The notes beneath the pieces were generated by a model. It did no database searches. It worked only from the letters and a program-made list of their open reading frames with translations, and had not been told where the DNA came from. A program made the position numbers and the translations under genes. From Azolla caroliniana (Eukaryota; Plantae; Polypodiophyta), in contig JBHGNT010000010.1 in the NCBI GenBank assembly GCA_043228905.1, positions 21,824,001-21,888,000 on the forward strand: DNA of 64,000 bases, given 5' to 3'. Below are positions 1-12,813 of the stretch, piece after piece; position 1 is the first letter of the stretch, and each line of letters begins with the position of its first letter.

Positions 1-619
1 CAAGCACGATGGAAGAACTAAACATGCATTGCTAGATTATCGTGCTTGAATTGGACTTCAAAATACCTGCAATGGATCCTTTTTTTAGATTTAAATTTAG
101 AGAATTCCTTCATACACCACATGGTGTAAAGATCCATAAGTTGTGAAACTTTTTAGTGAGTTAGAGTGAAAAACGCTTTTAAATGGATTGCTGCTTTTGA
201 TATTCAAATCTGATAAGCATGATGTAAGGGTTCAACATATGTCGCAAGAACATCTTGCTTGAATTGGAGTTGCAACACTTTGAAATGGATTGATCTTTCA
301 GGAACTGATAGTTTTTTGAGATCTAGATGGATCCTTCTTTGAGAAATGAACCCTTTTTTTGAGATTTAAACGGGTGTCTCTTTGATCTGTATGCACAATG
401 TCATGACATTTTTCTATTATTGCTTAGAAGGAAAGAAAGGCTCAATGTTGACCTCAACGGTAATTTTGAGGGCATCAAGCACTGGTCTTGGAGCAGAAAG
501 TCATCCAGAAAAGCTTGAAGTGGTAGAACAATGGGATGAAGACGAGTAAGTAAATCATTCAATAGAAAGTTGCCCATGTTTTCTTTCTTTTCATGAATTT
601 GCACTCTCTGCCATTATTT

Positions 620-1295
620 CGGGCATGACCTTAGGATTGTATCATATTTTATGCCATCATTTAATTATCATCCATGGTTAAAGGATGTTGTATACTGGTA
701 GCTACAATGCCCACCTAGGATTATGTGATAGATATATGGCTAGTATCATATTTTCGTTTTGAGCTAGAGGCCTCGAAGAATCTATTGACATCTATTTCTG
801 TTTTCCCATGGATATACACGCTCCAGTATAGTTAAAGCAGGATTTTAGGAATATCCATAATATCCATTGTCAGACATGTGATAGATAGCATTATGTTTCC
901 ATGTGAATTTAGGAGTCTTGTTAAATTCCTCATGGGCATCATTGCGTCATACTTGTAGCGGTACTTTACTGTCAAATGTATGATAAGTAGGATTATATTC
1001 ATCTGAATTTCAACTCTAGAGGTTCATATGGAATCCTTGTGGGCATCTTTGTGTGACAGTGTGATAGATAGGATTATACATTGACGTGAGTTTTGAGGCT
1101 TAGATAAAATCCTCATGCTATATATTGGCCCATCAATATCTCTCATCAACGCGGATTATGTCTTCATATGAGTTTACAGATTTAGATGAAATCCTCATAG
1201 ACATCAATGTAGTATGCTGGTAGTATGTGTGATAGATAGGATTATGACTTCATGTGAGTTCAGAGGTTTAGATGATACCCTGATGGACATCATTC
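620..1295. repeat. Degenerate tandem repeat (about 60-120 bp units) upstream of the first visible CMT1 exon, probably intronic
   Basis: The motif gataggattat...catgtgagttt..gaggtttagatgaaatcctcatggacatc recurs, with variants near 870-940, 980-1050, 1060-1120, 1150-1210 and 1230-1295. Confidence 0.65.
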
Positions 1296-1312
1296 CTTTT
1301 CACATTTGACAG

Positions 1313-4300
1313 AGGTAAGAAGAAGGAAGGTATTGTAAGGTTGGCCTTAGCTGTTACAACCCTCATTGGTACAGCCACTTTAGTTGGTTTTGCTGTGACA
1401 TGGAAAAGTGGGGGCCTGAATGCTTTTGTGCAGGCAGTTGCAAAGTCGGGATTTGCTGCTGCTTTTGCATTGATTTTTGTTTCAGAAATTGGTGATAAGG
1501 TAAGTCACTGGCTAGTTCAAGGTAAAACATATTTGAAGAAGAAAAGGACTCATGGTCTTTCCATCAGCTTCTTGTGAATTATATATTGTGGGTATTTTGA
1601 TATTCTCAAATGATTTGCAGACATTCTTTATCGCGGCACTGCTTGCAATGAAGCATTCCAAAAGTTTGGTAAGTATTGTATTGATGAATGCCTTGACATC
1701 GAGAAGTGGCTGTTCCACGCTTTTATTCTCTTGTATTTAATTATCATGTATACACTGCACATAAAAGGTTATTCACATCTTCAGTGCCGAAATTGCTATA
1801 CATGACTACACATATCTGCAGTGCTCCTTCCTACATATGCATGCATGCCGCATGCCGCATGTATGTATGTATTTTTATGTCTGGGAATATATATCTATAT
1901 GAAGGTATGTATATGCATTTGCTGTCATGCAGAACCTGCATCTGATTCATGTCAGCTTTTTCAAATCTCATTGCTACAATTGTAACGTGCTTGTTATTTA
2001 TTGAATATCATTGAAGGGCACATCTTTGCACTCTTTTTCTGCTGCCTTTAGTCTAATTAGTTGCATGTATTCTTTTTGGAATTTTAACCCAATTTGAGAT
2101 TTTTCATGTGTGATATTAGGTATTACATGTGCATTTTTATAGATATTATGTATGTGTGTACATAATAAAGAGAGTTAGGATTTCTGTAGTACAAATGGAT
2201 AGTTGTCTATTTCTGCTAGAGTTATATATGGTTTTTTCTGTGGATTAGATTCCACATCAATAAAATTATAGATCCTTGTTAGTAGTTGATAAAGTACTAT
2301 GAAATATTTTCAAGAGTATTAACTTCGTGTTTGGGCTCATCCAGGTTTTGTTGGGTGCGTCAGCAGCGTTGGGTTTGATGACAATTATTTCAGTTGCAAT
2401 TGGGCGTATTTTTCATGCAGTGCCAACACAATTGAAAACAAGTTATATTTCCTGCACTTCCATTCATGTTGCTTCATCTTAAGAACCACAAACCAAAATA
2501 AAAAGTAAATAAAAATAAAAATGACCAAAAACTCCGGTTATCTATACTTGCAAGATTCTCAAGTCAGATAGATTGTAATTTTTATCTTCGAATGATCATA
2601 GGATGGGGATATCTCTGAAGTGGGGGGAGCACTTGCAATGGTGGGAGATAATGGCATTTACCTATAGTTGACAAGAGTGGCAAAATTGTGGTCTACATGC
2701 ACAACAAATTGCTATTGCCCGATCTATTATATCCAGTCAGAAGACCACTTGTGTAGCCCTTGATTGACTTGTAGCATGAGTGGAGTGATGTGGCTAAAGA
2801 AAATTGAGATTGATTTAAAGAGATAGAAAGATATAATGATGTCTACTAGATGCTAAATCAGCCAATTAGACAAATCATGATTACAAATATGGGTGAATTC
2901 ATGTCAGCCATACTAGAACAAAAGTAAAACCTCTAGCTTTCCCGAAGCTCCATGATCATTGTATAAATGCATGTGGTGGAATGATTCTGAGCTGGTTTTC
3001 TAGCATCAAATGCATTGCTAATATGTATTAGCATAATGGTGATTGGACTTTCTATCCAAGGTTGGTTGATGTGAAATGATGCTGTGCCGAAGTTTGAGAA
3101 GTGCATAGGTTGATGCAGAGCTCCTTGAAGCAAGGGAAGCACTTGTGATGATGGAAGATAATGACTTGATGACAAGGGCGACAAGATTGTGGTTCTGAAG
3201 GCCAGGGTGTACATGCATGATAAAATGCTATTGGCCGATCTATTATAACCCCTTTACAATAGATTGGCCTACTTGAGGCTGAAATTAGTCTATGACAAAT
3301 CATGACTACAATTATGAGTGAATTTAGGTCATCCAGACTAAAACAAAAATAAAAGCTCTAGATTTCAGAAATGAATTGATATGGTATAATACATTCACTC
3401 TCTAAAAGAAAAAGAAAAAGAAATAAAATGCTATGTTAACAAATTCAAAAGGCCAAAGTGAACTATGAGGCCAGATACTAAATTGATGTGAACCTTATAG
3501 GATCTGCTAAAATAAAGAGGATTAAAATTGTACCTAAACAAGGTAGCTTCTTTATGTATCTAAGCTGATGACTCTAGGAGTGTCACAAGATGCATTTCAT
3601 GGTTACTGTTTCACAGCTCTATTGTGCCAATTGATGAAATCTTAACTTCTGCATACATTTCTGAATATGCTGCTGCCTGGTACTGTTATTGATGAGCTTA
3701 TGACATTGAATGTGAAACAAGAAGTTCTTCTGGTGAACTGTACATATTATTAAGCTCAGGTACCTTTTTTTAATGTAACCTCGTACAGGAAATTCCAAAC
3801 GCTCCTAGCAACCTAGTGCTATAGCCATATAGTTGTCCTGAAGCTAGCGTCGAAATGTCATCTGAATCATAAAAAATCTAGCTTAAGTGTTCATTCCAAA
3901 TGCCAAATCGTCATAACTTAGCCTTGTTGGTTTTCATGCTTGTATATTTTTCTTCATTAAATAGTGTCTTGTATTTTAAGAAATATTCAAATTTATTTGA
4001 AAGAAAATAGATATGGTTTTAGAGCTTTATTGGCTTGTTAATACAGTGGGCTTACAATTGCATATATTCTTTGTACAGCTCTGCCAATTGGTGAATTTGC
4101 TGCTGTAGCCCTACTTGTGTTCTTTGGATTGAAGTCCTTGAAAGATGCATGGGATATGCCTTCGTTGCCCCCTGGCAGCAAACAAAATCAACCAGCTGAG
4201 ATTAGTGAGCTGTCTGAAGCTGAAGAATTTATTAAAAAGTCTGAGGTGAGGACATTGACTGCTTTACATTTTCTTTTTTCAAGTGCATAGAATTTATCTT

Positions 4301-7300
4301 GCTTGAGAAAGAAGGGAACATAGAAAAACCAAAATGATATTATGTCATTATGGGACCAACATCTGCTTCACCATTATCATTTAAATCAACTTAGGTGCAT
4401 TCATGTGATGCAACCAAAACAAATCATGATTTACAAATATTGGTGAAAACATTTTATCCTTATTGTAACTAAAATTAAGGCTCAAGGTTTCCTAATGATC
4501 CATGATAATGATCTTAATGCATGTGGTGGAATGACTTTGAAGATGTTTAGTTGAGTTGTGGTGGGGGACATTGTATCCTAGGTGGGATTGTGAGGTGACG
4601 TGACTCTATGATGAAGTTCAAGTAGAGGGTGACATTCTTCTCTCTGACGTGCTTGTAATTGAGCACATGCATGCATAAAGTTTCATGCTCTCAATCATTG
4701 CTGTGTATCATTCGTGACGACACTATGACTAATGGAAGCTACATTTGTGTCCACTTGTGCATGGGGAGGTGTAGGACTCATGTGGCTCCACCTATATAAG
4801 GGCAGAGGTGATCTTGGTGTCAAATACCCCCATGCTTGGATATGAGGCACTTAGAAGTGCGCCTGGTAGCATTGTTCTAGCATAAATGCAACTCCTAGAC
4901 ACACATAAGATTCCTTGACTTTAAGTTGCTATCCTGTGGGGTGAAGCAGCTTGTTGGCAAATTGGCTCGGATGTGTGGAAGATCATGGACTTAGTATTTT
5001 TCAGAGTAAAAAAACACTGAGGTCATTGAGATGATGTTGTAGATCTGTATGAGATATAGAGACCAAGATTATATGGAGAGGTTACTTAAAATGTCAATTT
5101 CCTTGCGGCCTCCACGTGTGATGTAGTCCGCTGTGTGAGGGTTCTCATTTGTTTGCAAGCTATTTGTTGTGTAATTTCTTACAAATTCATCGCTTTACAC
5201 CCTCATCATACCAACGTTTTTGGGGCATGTTTCCTCGAATGTAATGTCTCTATGGTGTGGTAAGGAAAACTATTGATTGTGGTGTTATGGAGTATAATAG
5301 GAATTTGGAAGGTGAGGGCATCAAGGGATGTGTTTGGGTCTAGATGATTGAGTAGAGCAGTGGTTGGACATGTCGGCTATAAGTTTATACTGGTTTATGA
5401 GTAAAGTGGATGATTGTGCATTGGGGCAAGCTTGAATGATGAGGTTGAAGGTGGTGGTGATGACATATTACTAGCGAAGGTTATGTAAAGACAAAATGTT
5501 TTCAGCATCCATCAGGCAGGGTGGATGGTGAATGTTTCAATGGTCTAGGTGGCATTCCGATTGGGACGATGTAATCTAATATGTTCCCCCAATTTTCAGC
5601 ATCCATCAAGCAGGGTGGATGGTGAATGTTTTAATGGTCTAGGTGGCATTCCTATTGGGAGGATGTAATCTATTATGTTCCCCCAATGGAGTGTAAAACA
5701 TGTAAAGCCACTTGAATCTGTCCATGAGTTCATCATTTGTAGATAATTAACTAATGTCTAGACACAGTGTGATAGATGTTTGCTGTATCTTGTGTTGTCT
5801 GGTCCTGCGTTGGTTGTGCTCCGACAAATTCTCAAGAAAGAAAGCTGTAAGAAAGGAAAGAAGCTGTATTAATGTCTTTTAAGAGACCAAAATGGTGTGA
5901 AAGACCAAAAAATAGACCACCTCTTACAATGTTTTCTCATCTTTGAGAGCAACAAAAGATAACAAATTTATTTAAACTATGGGTTGTAAAGAATGTAGAT
6001 ATCTAAGCACTTAATATTCTAAACTTCTGCCTTGAAAAGTCTCCAACGTCGGTCACTCCAAGATGGAGAGAACTCTGAAGTGGGGGAAGCACCTTCAGTT
6101 GCAGAGTGAATAGGGTGATGAGGCTGTGGTGTTGGTTGTCGTGGCCTTTGTGCATGGGACATGCTATTGGCTGATCTATTGTAACCCTTTTTAAGTGTTT
6201 TGGTCAAGATCCATCTTATTCTATGAAAAATAGCACAATAGCACCATAGTATTTTTCTGATTCCACAACCAATGGCACATTCAGAAGATCAGTTCTTCCA
6301 TAGATTTGCGTGCATATGTGCCTATCTCAAATTTTAACTCATGTGAAGATGTCTTGAGCTGCCCTATCATATTATTCACTCTATAAGATAGATGTGTATC
6401 TATATTAGAAGGCCTGATAATAAATCCATCTTGTGACATGTGTAAAGAAGGAAATAAATAAATAAGTGAAAATTGCCTTACAGTGGACCATCTTCTACCA
6501 AGAGATTTTGTGGGGCTGATGAATGTTCTATCATTATCTAATTTAACGATGTCATTTTGGATCACTATTGTTTTTCACTTCAGTCGTGTTCAGATGTGGA
6601 CAATCCAAGCTATAGTGGGCATATTGTATATCTATGAAAAATCTAGCACAGGCAACCTCTATAGGAAGAGCCAAGGCCATGTGAATGTTACTCAGATATA
6701 TTCAGTTCTGATCTCTCTACCCATGCTTGAGTGGTGTTAAACAAAATCACTTTAGTTTTATCAAGGTCGACTAACAAATCTTTATCTATATAAAATGACT
6801 TCAAAGCATTTAGATGTCTTTTAGTCCCTCCAGGGAGTTAGAGATCAACACAATGTCATTGGCAGGTAGTTGTATCACCCCAAAGCATTTTGTTGTTTAC
6901 CACACCGGTATGGCTACCCCTGCTATGCATGCTCTTCAATCTCTATGTGTAATTAGATATCTCATCTATATAAAGACTGAAGAGGGTGGGCATCTTTGTT
7001 CTACTCCAATTGTGCTTGCCACGACTTCTAACAACCCAATAGGGTTGTGCATTTTTCCTGATAATTATTCATATAGTGCATAGATTCACCCACCCTTGAC
7101 CTTCTTATGGGTCTAGCTGCAATTTTGTGATGATTGCACTCTTCTAACATTACCCATAATCTGCAATCATTAGCTAGATTTCTTGCATTTCGGTTTTTTT
7201 ATCATTCTCACAATACGGGGGAAAAATCATCATCGCTCATCATGGAGTTGTAGACCACACCACACCATAGTAACCCATTTGATTTAGAATATCAAATAAA

Positions 7301-8944
7301 GGACATAATGAGCTCGCAACACACCTCAATTTTAGCTTTTCATTTTTTTACTTATCACATTTTTTATGAGATATACAAGCATATCACTTTATACGTTTGT
7401 ATAAATGTTTTGGTCTCACAGATAATGTTGACCTTTCGTGGGGAATAAAATTAGTTTCTTTCTTCTTTCTTTAAAGGTAACTTCATTCTATTAGGATCTC
7501 AAATTTCTCTAGAGTCTGCAAAAGAAATGAACTTTTGAAAATCCCAACATTGAAAATTTTCAATTTCTGTTTTTACAAGCTTCGGAAATTATTTCCAATT
7601 CGCACATGATATTGCTATGTTAACTTCTGTTTTTGTTATATACATATGCTGTGTGTGTAATCTTATATGTATCATGCTTTATTTATTTATTTATTTCGCA
7701 ACCTGTTTTATATTTTTCAGAATGAAATGACTAGGATGCCTGCTAAACTATGAAACATCTCTCTGACATTGTCTTTTTTTGCATTGTATTTTCAATGTTA
7801 CAAACTTAAATTTCTACACTTGATAGTGTCTATATGTTTTTTTTATCGACTCAAGCTTTGTTCTAATTTTATTGCATGTTTCTTAGATGATGATAGGAGC
7901 TAATGTAGTGCTTTTGTTGTTTTTAATTTAATAATGATTTCCATCAAGTTTGGTAAGTAATATTTTCTGTGTTTACAGGTTGACAAATCAAGCTCATCCT
8001 TGGAAATCTTTATGGAGACTTTTAGCCTCGTTTTTGTAGCTGTAAGTGTTTGTTTTAGGCAAACTAATGCATAAATATTTAAAAAGACAGGAATAATGTC
8101 CATAGGGTTGTCACTCAAGAGTTCAACCATGTCCACTGAATGTTACAGGAGTGGGGAGATAGATCTATGCTTGCGACAATAGCTCTCGGTGCTGCACAGG
8201 TCATAATATCAAACAAAGGGTCTCAATGATATTTTGGATTTCTATTTAACATGCTTAGTTATAGGCAGTCTGATAGTGTTTCTGTCTTTCAGGCTCCTTT
8301 GGGTGTTGCAAGTGGTGCAATTGTAGGACATGTCATCGCTACAGGAATTGCTGTTCTTGGTGGGGCATTTCTTGCACAATACATTTCAGAAAAGATGGTA
8401 AATACTCTTGCATCCAGTGTTCATATTGGAAAATACAAGGGAAAAACTATGAAATATTCCTGGGGTTTTCTTCATTTCCTAAACTCTCTGATTTTTTGTA
8501 ATTTCCCAAATGCCATTGGTCAACTCCTCAAATAGAAAAAATGGAAATCAATTGACCATATTCTTGCTTTTTCTGGGATTCACAAAAGGCATTTGAGGAA
8601 GTAATAAAAACTTGGGGAAATGAAGAAAAAAAGTGAGTTGTTTCTGAATTCTGTCAAACAGCCATAAATTTGAGTGAAGATGGTAAATACTTGTGTGCAA
8701 TTGTTGGTATTGAAAAAACCAATACATTTTAGAAAAGACTGTAATTACTCTTGTTATCCAATTGTTGATATTGAAATAAAGCACTATATTTTTGAAGAGA
8801 TGGTAAATACACTTGTATGCAATGTTGATATGGAAAAGAATTTAGCAAGAGTAAAGTCTTCTGCTTGTCTTTTTACAGGTTAGTTATATAGGAGGATTTT
8901 TATTTCTGGCTTTTGCTGCTGCCACACTTTTAGGAGTTTTCTAA
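1313..8944 (+). CDS. CMT1: GDT1/UPF0016-family chloroplast Mn2+/Ca2+ transporter (CMT1/PAM71-HL-like), 3' part; N-terminal exons not found in the window
   Basis: GT-AG exons 1313-1499, 1621-1668, 2345-2441, 4079-4245, 7979-8041, 8149-8199, 8293-8397, 8879-8944 join in frame. They give both UPF0016 motifs (LIFVSEIGDKTFFIAALLAM and FVAEWGDRSMLATIALGAAQ) and the C-terminus FLAFAAATLLGVF*, closely resembling Arabidopsis CMT1/PAM71-HL as I recall it. Confidence 0.92.
4572..5199 (+). mobile_element. Possible LTR remnant in CMT1 intron 4
   Basis: Starts TGTA after a G-rich tract (gtgggggac), ends TTTACA, and has an internal TATATAAG near 4793. No matching target-site duplication was found. Confidence 0.3.
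5499..5686. repeat. Tandem duplication of a ~94-bp unit (2 copies)
   Basis: ttttcagcatccatca(g/a)gcagggtggatggtgaatg...atgttcccccaa occurs twice back to back with few mismatches. Confidence 0.9.
5856..7100 (-). mobile_element. Degenerate, internally deleted LINE related to the 12.8-17.4 kb element, in CMT1 intron 4
   Basis: ORF 6281-6565 (GFIIRPSNID...IGQLKTSSHELKFEIG) parallels GFITRPRYLD...IGQLRTSSHQLEIE of the 13.6 kb element. 6985-7060 resembles its GVKQGCPLS RT segment. The shared 3'-terminal motif tattaatgtc...ccaaaatgg lies at 5867-5895. Confidence 0.65.
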
Positions 8945-11168
8945 GACTCCCCAAAAAACTCAAACCATTTTCTAGAATCAACAGCTTCTAAGGTTGCTTT
9001 TTGATATCTTATACAATTCCTTAATATTGTGCCCCAAATTTACCATCTTCTTGAAGAGATGGCTATCATTTTTTTTTCTCGAAGGGAGTACAGCTAGCTT
9101 CATTGTGCTATCAACTAACTTACTATGATTCGATACCTGGTTCCTCAAGGGATTCCTCCAGTCATTGCTTCGGAATATTCATATATACACTACAAATTCA
9201 GATTGTAAAGCTGGAAAACGATGTATTTTTTATTTTGCATAAATGTATTATACTTTCCAATAAGAATATTTTCCTGGGATTTTTGCTTACATACTCTAAA
9301 TGACATATCTTCTATTTCTGGAATTACTTCAATTTCAAATGTTCTGATATTCATCAGAACTAGTGATAAATCCATAATTCAGATTTCGATTGTGGTTAAG
9401 TTTTCCTGTTGGTGCTTAGGTACTTATAAGGAGAGCATGCTCGACAATCATGTTAGTAGTGTATTCATTCTCATATTCTTGGATATCTTCTTTGAGGGGG
9501 ATAGGGAAGAACATTCAAGTAATGTATTGCTTACATACATGTTATGTTGAAGAGCAGAGATTCTCAAAGCTTTTCTCGAATGCAAGAATATTTTCATCTA
9601 ATATAATTGACTGAATATTATATGAAAAATAACCTCAAAAATGATTTTAATTGCAACAGCCAGAACAAAATAACATCATTCAAGTTGATTGTTCTCATGA
9701 TTGTGCCTTCAAATAGAGATATTTAAGTGCATGCCTATGTTATTTTTGTTGTGGAAATTGTTTATTGAATATGTAAACAATGCCGTTACAAAAACACACA
9801 ATGACAAGTTGAGGGAATGAAGATATGGTCAGGTTATATGCTTTGAGGTTGTTGAAAAGCCTTGAAAAGTGGGTTGAGCTTCAAAAGGCACTCCCACGTT
9901 CCAAAAATGTAAAAGTGTGTTTCTCTATGACATGATGAGTTGGCATGATGCATAACCATGCATGGATAACATATTCTTTTATCAAATTAGTTTTTGAATC
10001 ACGTTGCAACAGCTCAAGTAGAGATAATCATAATGTTTTTTAATCAAGTTTTTGAATCTAGTGTAGAAGCCATACAAATATAAGAAGCGGCATGAGGAAA
10101 AGTAATTTATCCAATGGGAGATCATAACAAACTAAGGCATTGGTTATCCCATAAATATGAATAGTTTAACATCAAAAGGAAATTACCACATCACAACAAT
10201 GTAGAACCATGTTCACGACTCTACTTCAAAATTTGGAAGTCACTATATGAGTTGGCATGATGCATTTGCCATGTATCCCTTTCAGGGTTCTCCATGCACG
10301 ACCATAATTTATTCTCTCAAATTAGTTTGTGAATCACATTGTGATGACTAAAGTAAGGATCATCAGTGGGATCCATGAGCTTGATTTAGCAGATGCCATG
10401 CAACCATACCAACAATCATAAGAAAAAGACGTTTCGCCTAATAAGGGGATCCTACCAATTGGGGCATTGATTGTCCAATAAGTATGAATTGTAGAAGCTC
10501 CACATACATCCAATGTATTTGCAAACACTACCTACGAAAAAGGTTTTTCGTTACCTTCTTTGCAAAGTGCTCGTAACTATTTGACTCCCCTTCTCAATTG
10601 TTGGTGAAGTGTTCTATTCATCTCTCACACATCATCTTCATGGGATTGTGAAATACATTTTAGGGTTATGTAAATGAAGGCAATGTGTCCAAGTGTAGTT
10701 ACTTTTGGTGGTAAACAATAAGGAGTTTCTATTTTCCATTTCTTTTCATAATGTTCTTTTAGTGTGATGTGCCTTAGAGATGCCTTTTCAAGCATGGAAT
10801 GACTTGTGAAATAAAGTTACAAAGAACCCTCTCATTTAATAGAAAATAAAGTTTGTGGGTATAATTTTAAGCTTACTCATGCACGATATTATACATTGAA
10901 ATTGAGATGCTAAGGTTTGTTTATGATTGTACTCTGTGTATGATTTGTTCACTCCCATTTGCTTATAATGGCTACTTTTAATGATTCTGTCTATGTATGT
11001 CAACTTCTACTCATTGCTAATAGCTATTCTTGATTGTCCTTGTCATTATGGATTCTTCTTCATTGATGTCATTGGATGATTGGTGCCCCATTTTTCGATG
11101 TTTGGATAGCTTTGATTGGAGATTAACTTCATTTTTTTGCATACATTAACTTTATTTGTCAAATTGTA

Positions 11169-11212
<44 letters not shown>

Positions 11213-11213
<1 letters not shown>

Positions 11214-12785
11214 TCATCTAGAAGAGAGCACTGTAATTCTTTGCAAAAAGAGTTGCTTGTGTCTTCTTGGTTATTATGTTGGCCAGGAAAGGAGAGATTG
11301 CGCTCTCAATTTAATCGTTTGTTTCGTTTGGGGGTCAAAGAGGTGGGAGATATAGTTGAGGCTCCATCTCAAAGAATTTTGGAGTTTGCTGAAGCGCGAC
11401 AATTATTACGCATTCCACCTAATTATGGGTTTATTTGGCAACAACTACAAAATATTGCATTGATGCAAGGTCTCTTACCTCTACAATCAGGAGAACAACC
11501 GTGGCTTGATTGGTGTTTAAAGGGTCAAACATCATTGTTAGAAGTGACTACTAATCTTTTATATCATTGCTCTGTTGAGTCTCTTGGAAGGTTATCATTT
11601 AAGGCCGAAGAAGCATGGAGATTGCACAAATCTGATCATGGGTGGTGGCAGATTTTACACGTAGTTGGCATTCTAAATTGCCAATTGTAGCAAAGGTCTT
11701 CCTTTGGAGAGTTTTGATTGCAGGATTGCCCTTGGGATTAGCTCTAAAGCGTCATGGATTAGCAACGCGTAATTGTTTCTTTTGCACTGTTCAAATGGAA
11801 GATAGTACTCATTGATTAATACAATGTCCGATTTCTTGTTAGATAATTACATGAGTAAATAAAATCTAAAGTTTGAAATATAGGCCAAGAGACATGAAGG
11901 AAAAAGTAAAGTTGTGGTAGAAGTCATGTAGGGGCAAACAAGACTGCCCACATGAATCAAAAAGCTCATAGCGTCCTCATATGATTATTGGATTTTCGAG
12001 TTCAAATAGTTGAATCGAAGCCAACGATGTAAGTTAATATATGAGCTAACAAAATCTAAGTTTTGAAATACAGGCCAAGGGACATGAAGGAAAAAGTAAA
12101 GTTGTGGTAGAAGTCATGTAGGGTCAAACAAGAGCGCCCACATGAATAAAAAAGATCATAGCGTCCTCATATGATATTGGATTTTAGAGTTCAAATAATT
12201 GAATCGAAGCCAACGGCGTAGGCTATTATATGAGTTAATAAAATCGAAGTTTTGAAATATAGGCCAAGAGACATGAAGGAAAAAGTAAAGTTGTGGTAGA
12301 AGTCATGTAGGGGCAAACAAGAGCGCCCACATGAATCAAAAAGCTCATAGCGTCCTCATATGATATGGAGTTACATTTCTCAAATTTGGCAAGTTTTATC
12401 ACGATGTTATTTGACACCTAGACAATGGGTGTTTGCACAATTTACACAGGTTGACCCAAAATCAGAGATGGAGATCATTTTTCTATTTCTGAGATATTGG
12501 GGATTGCGTCATAATTGGAATATGCGCAACGCTTTTGTATTCGACGGTAGACATGGAGTGAAAGCATATCTACGAAAGTTGAAGGGAGTACTAATGTGGC
12601 AATTTTCTTTATTGGAGCAAGTGGAAATTCTTTCCTCGGTGGAGTGTTCGTCTTGCCTATTGGCAATTCAACATGTTCCACTACCCATGTAGTGTAGTTA
12701 GTGGGTGACCATATTCCATTGTCACACCCATTGTAAGTAGTGTTTTTTACACACATTTATTAATATAATTATGTGTTTTCACCAA
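11213..12785 (+). mobile_element. 5'-truncated L1-type LINE (ORF2 C-terminus with zf-RVT), copy A, interrupted by a tandem-repeat insert
   Basis: Peptides KVFLWRVLIAGLPLG and CFFCTVQMEDSTH..IQC (zinc knuckle). Highly similar to 22275-23296. Flanked by (GT)n(GA)n on the left and (GA)n on the right. Confidence 0.85.
11843..12366. repeat. ~190-bp tandem repeat (about 2.7 units) inserted into LINE copy A
   Basis: The unit aaaatctaag.tttgaaatataggccaagagacatgaagg... starts at 11861, 12051 and 12240. It is absent from the paralogous site in copy B (about 22870-22880). Confidence 0.9.
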
Positions 12786-12813
12786 AAGAGAGAGAGAGAG
12801 AGAGAAAGAAAGA

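Noticed and set aside
10330-11170. Possible additional LINE 3' end preceding the (GT)n(GA)n tract
   Set aside because: Suggestive only; no convincing protein motif was recovered.
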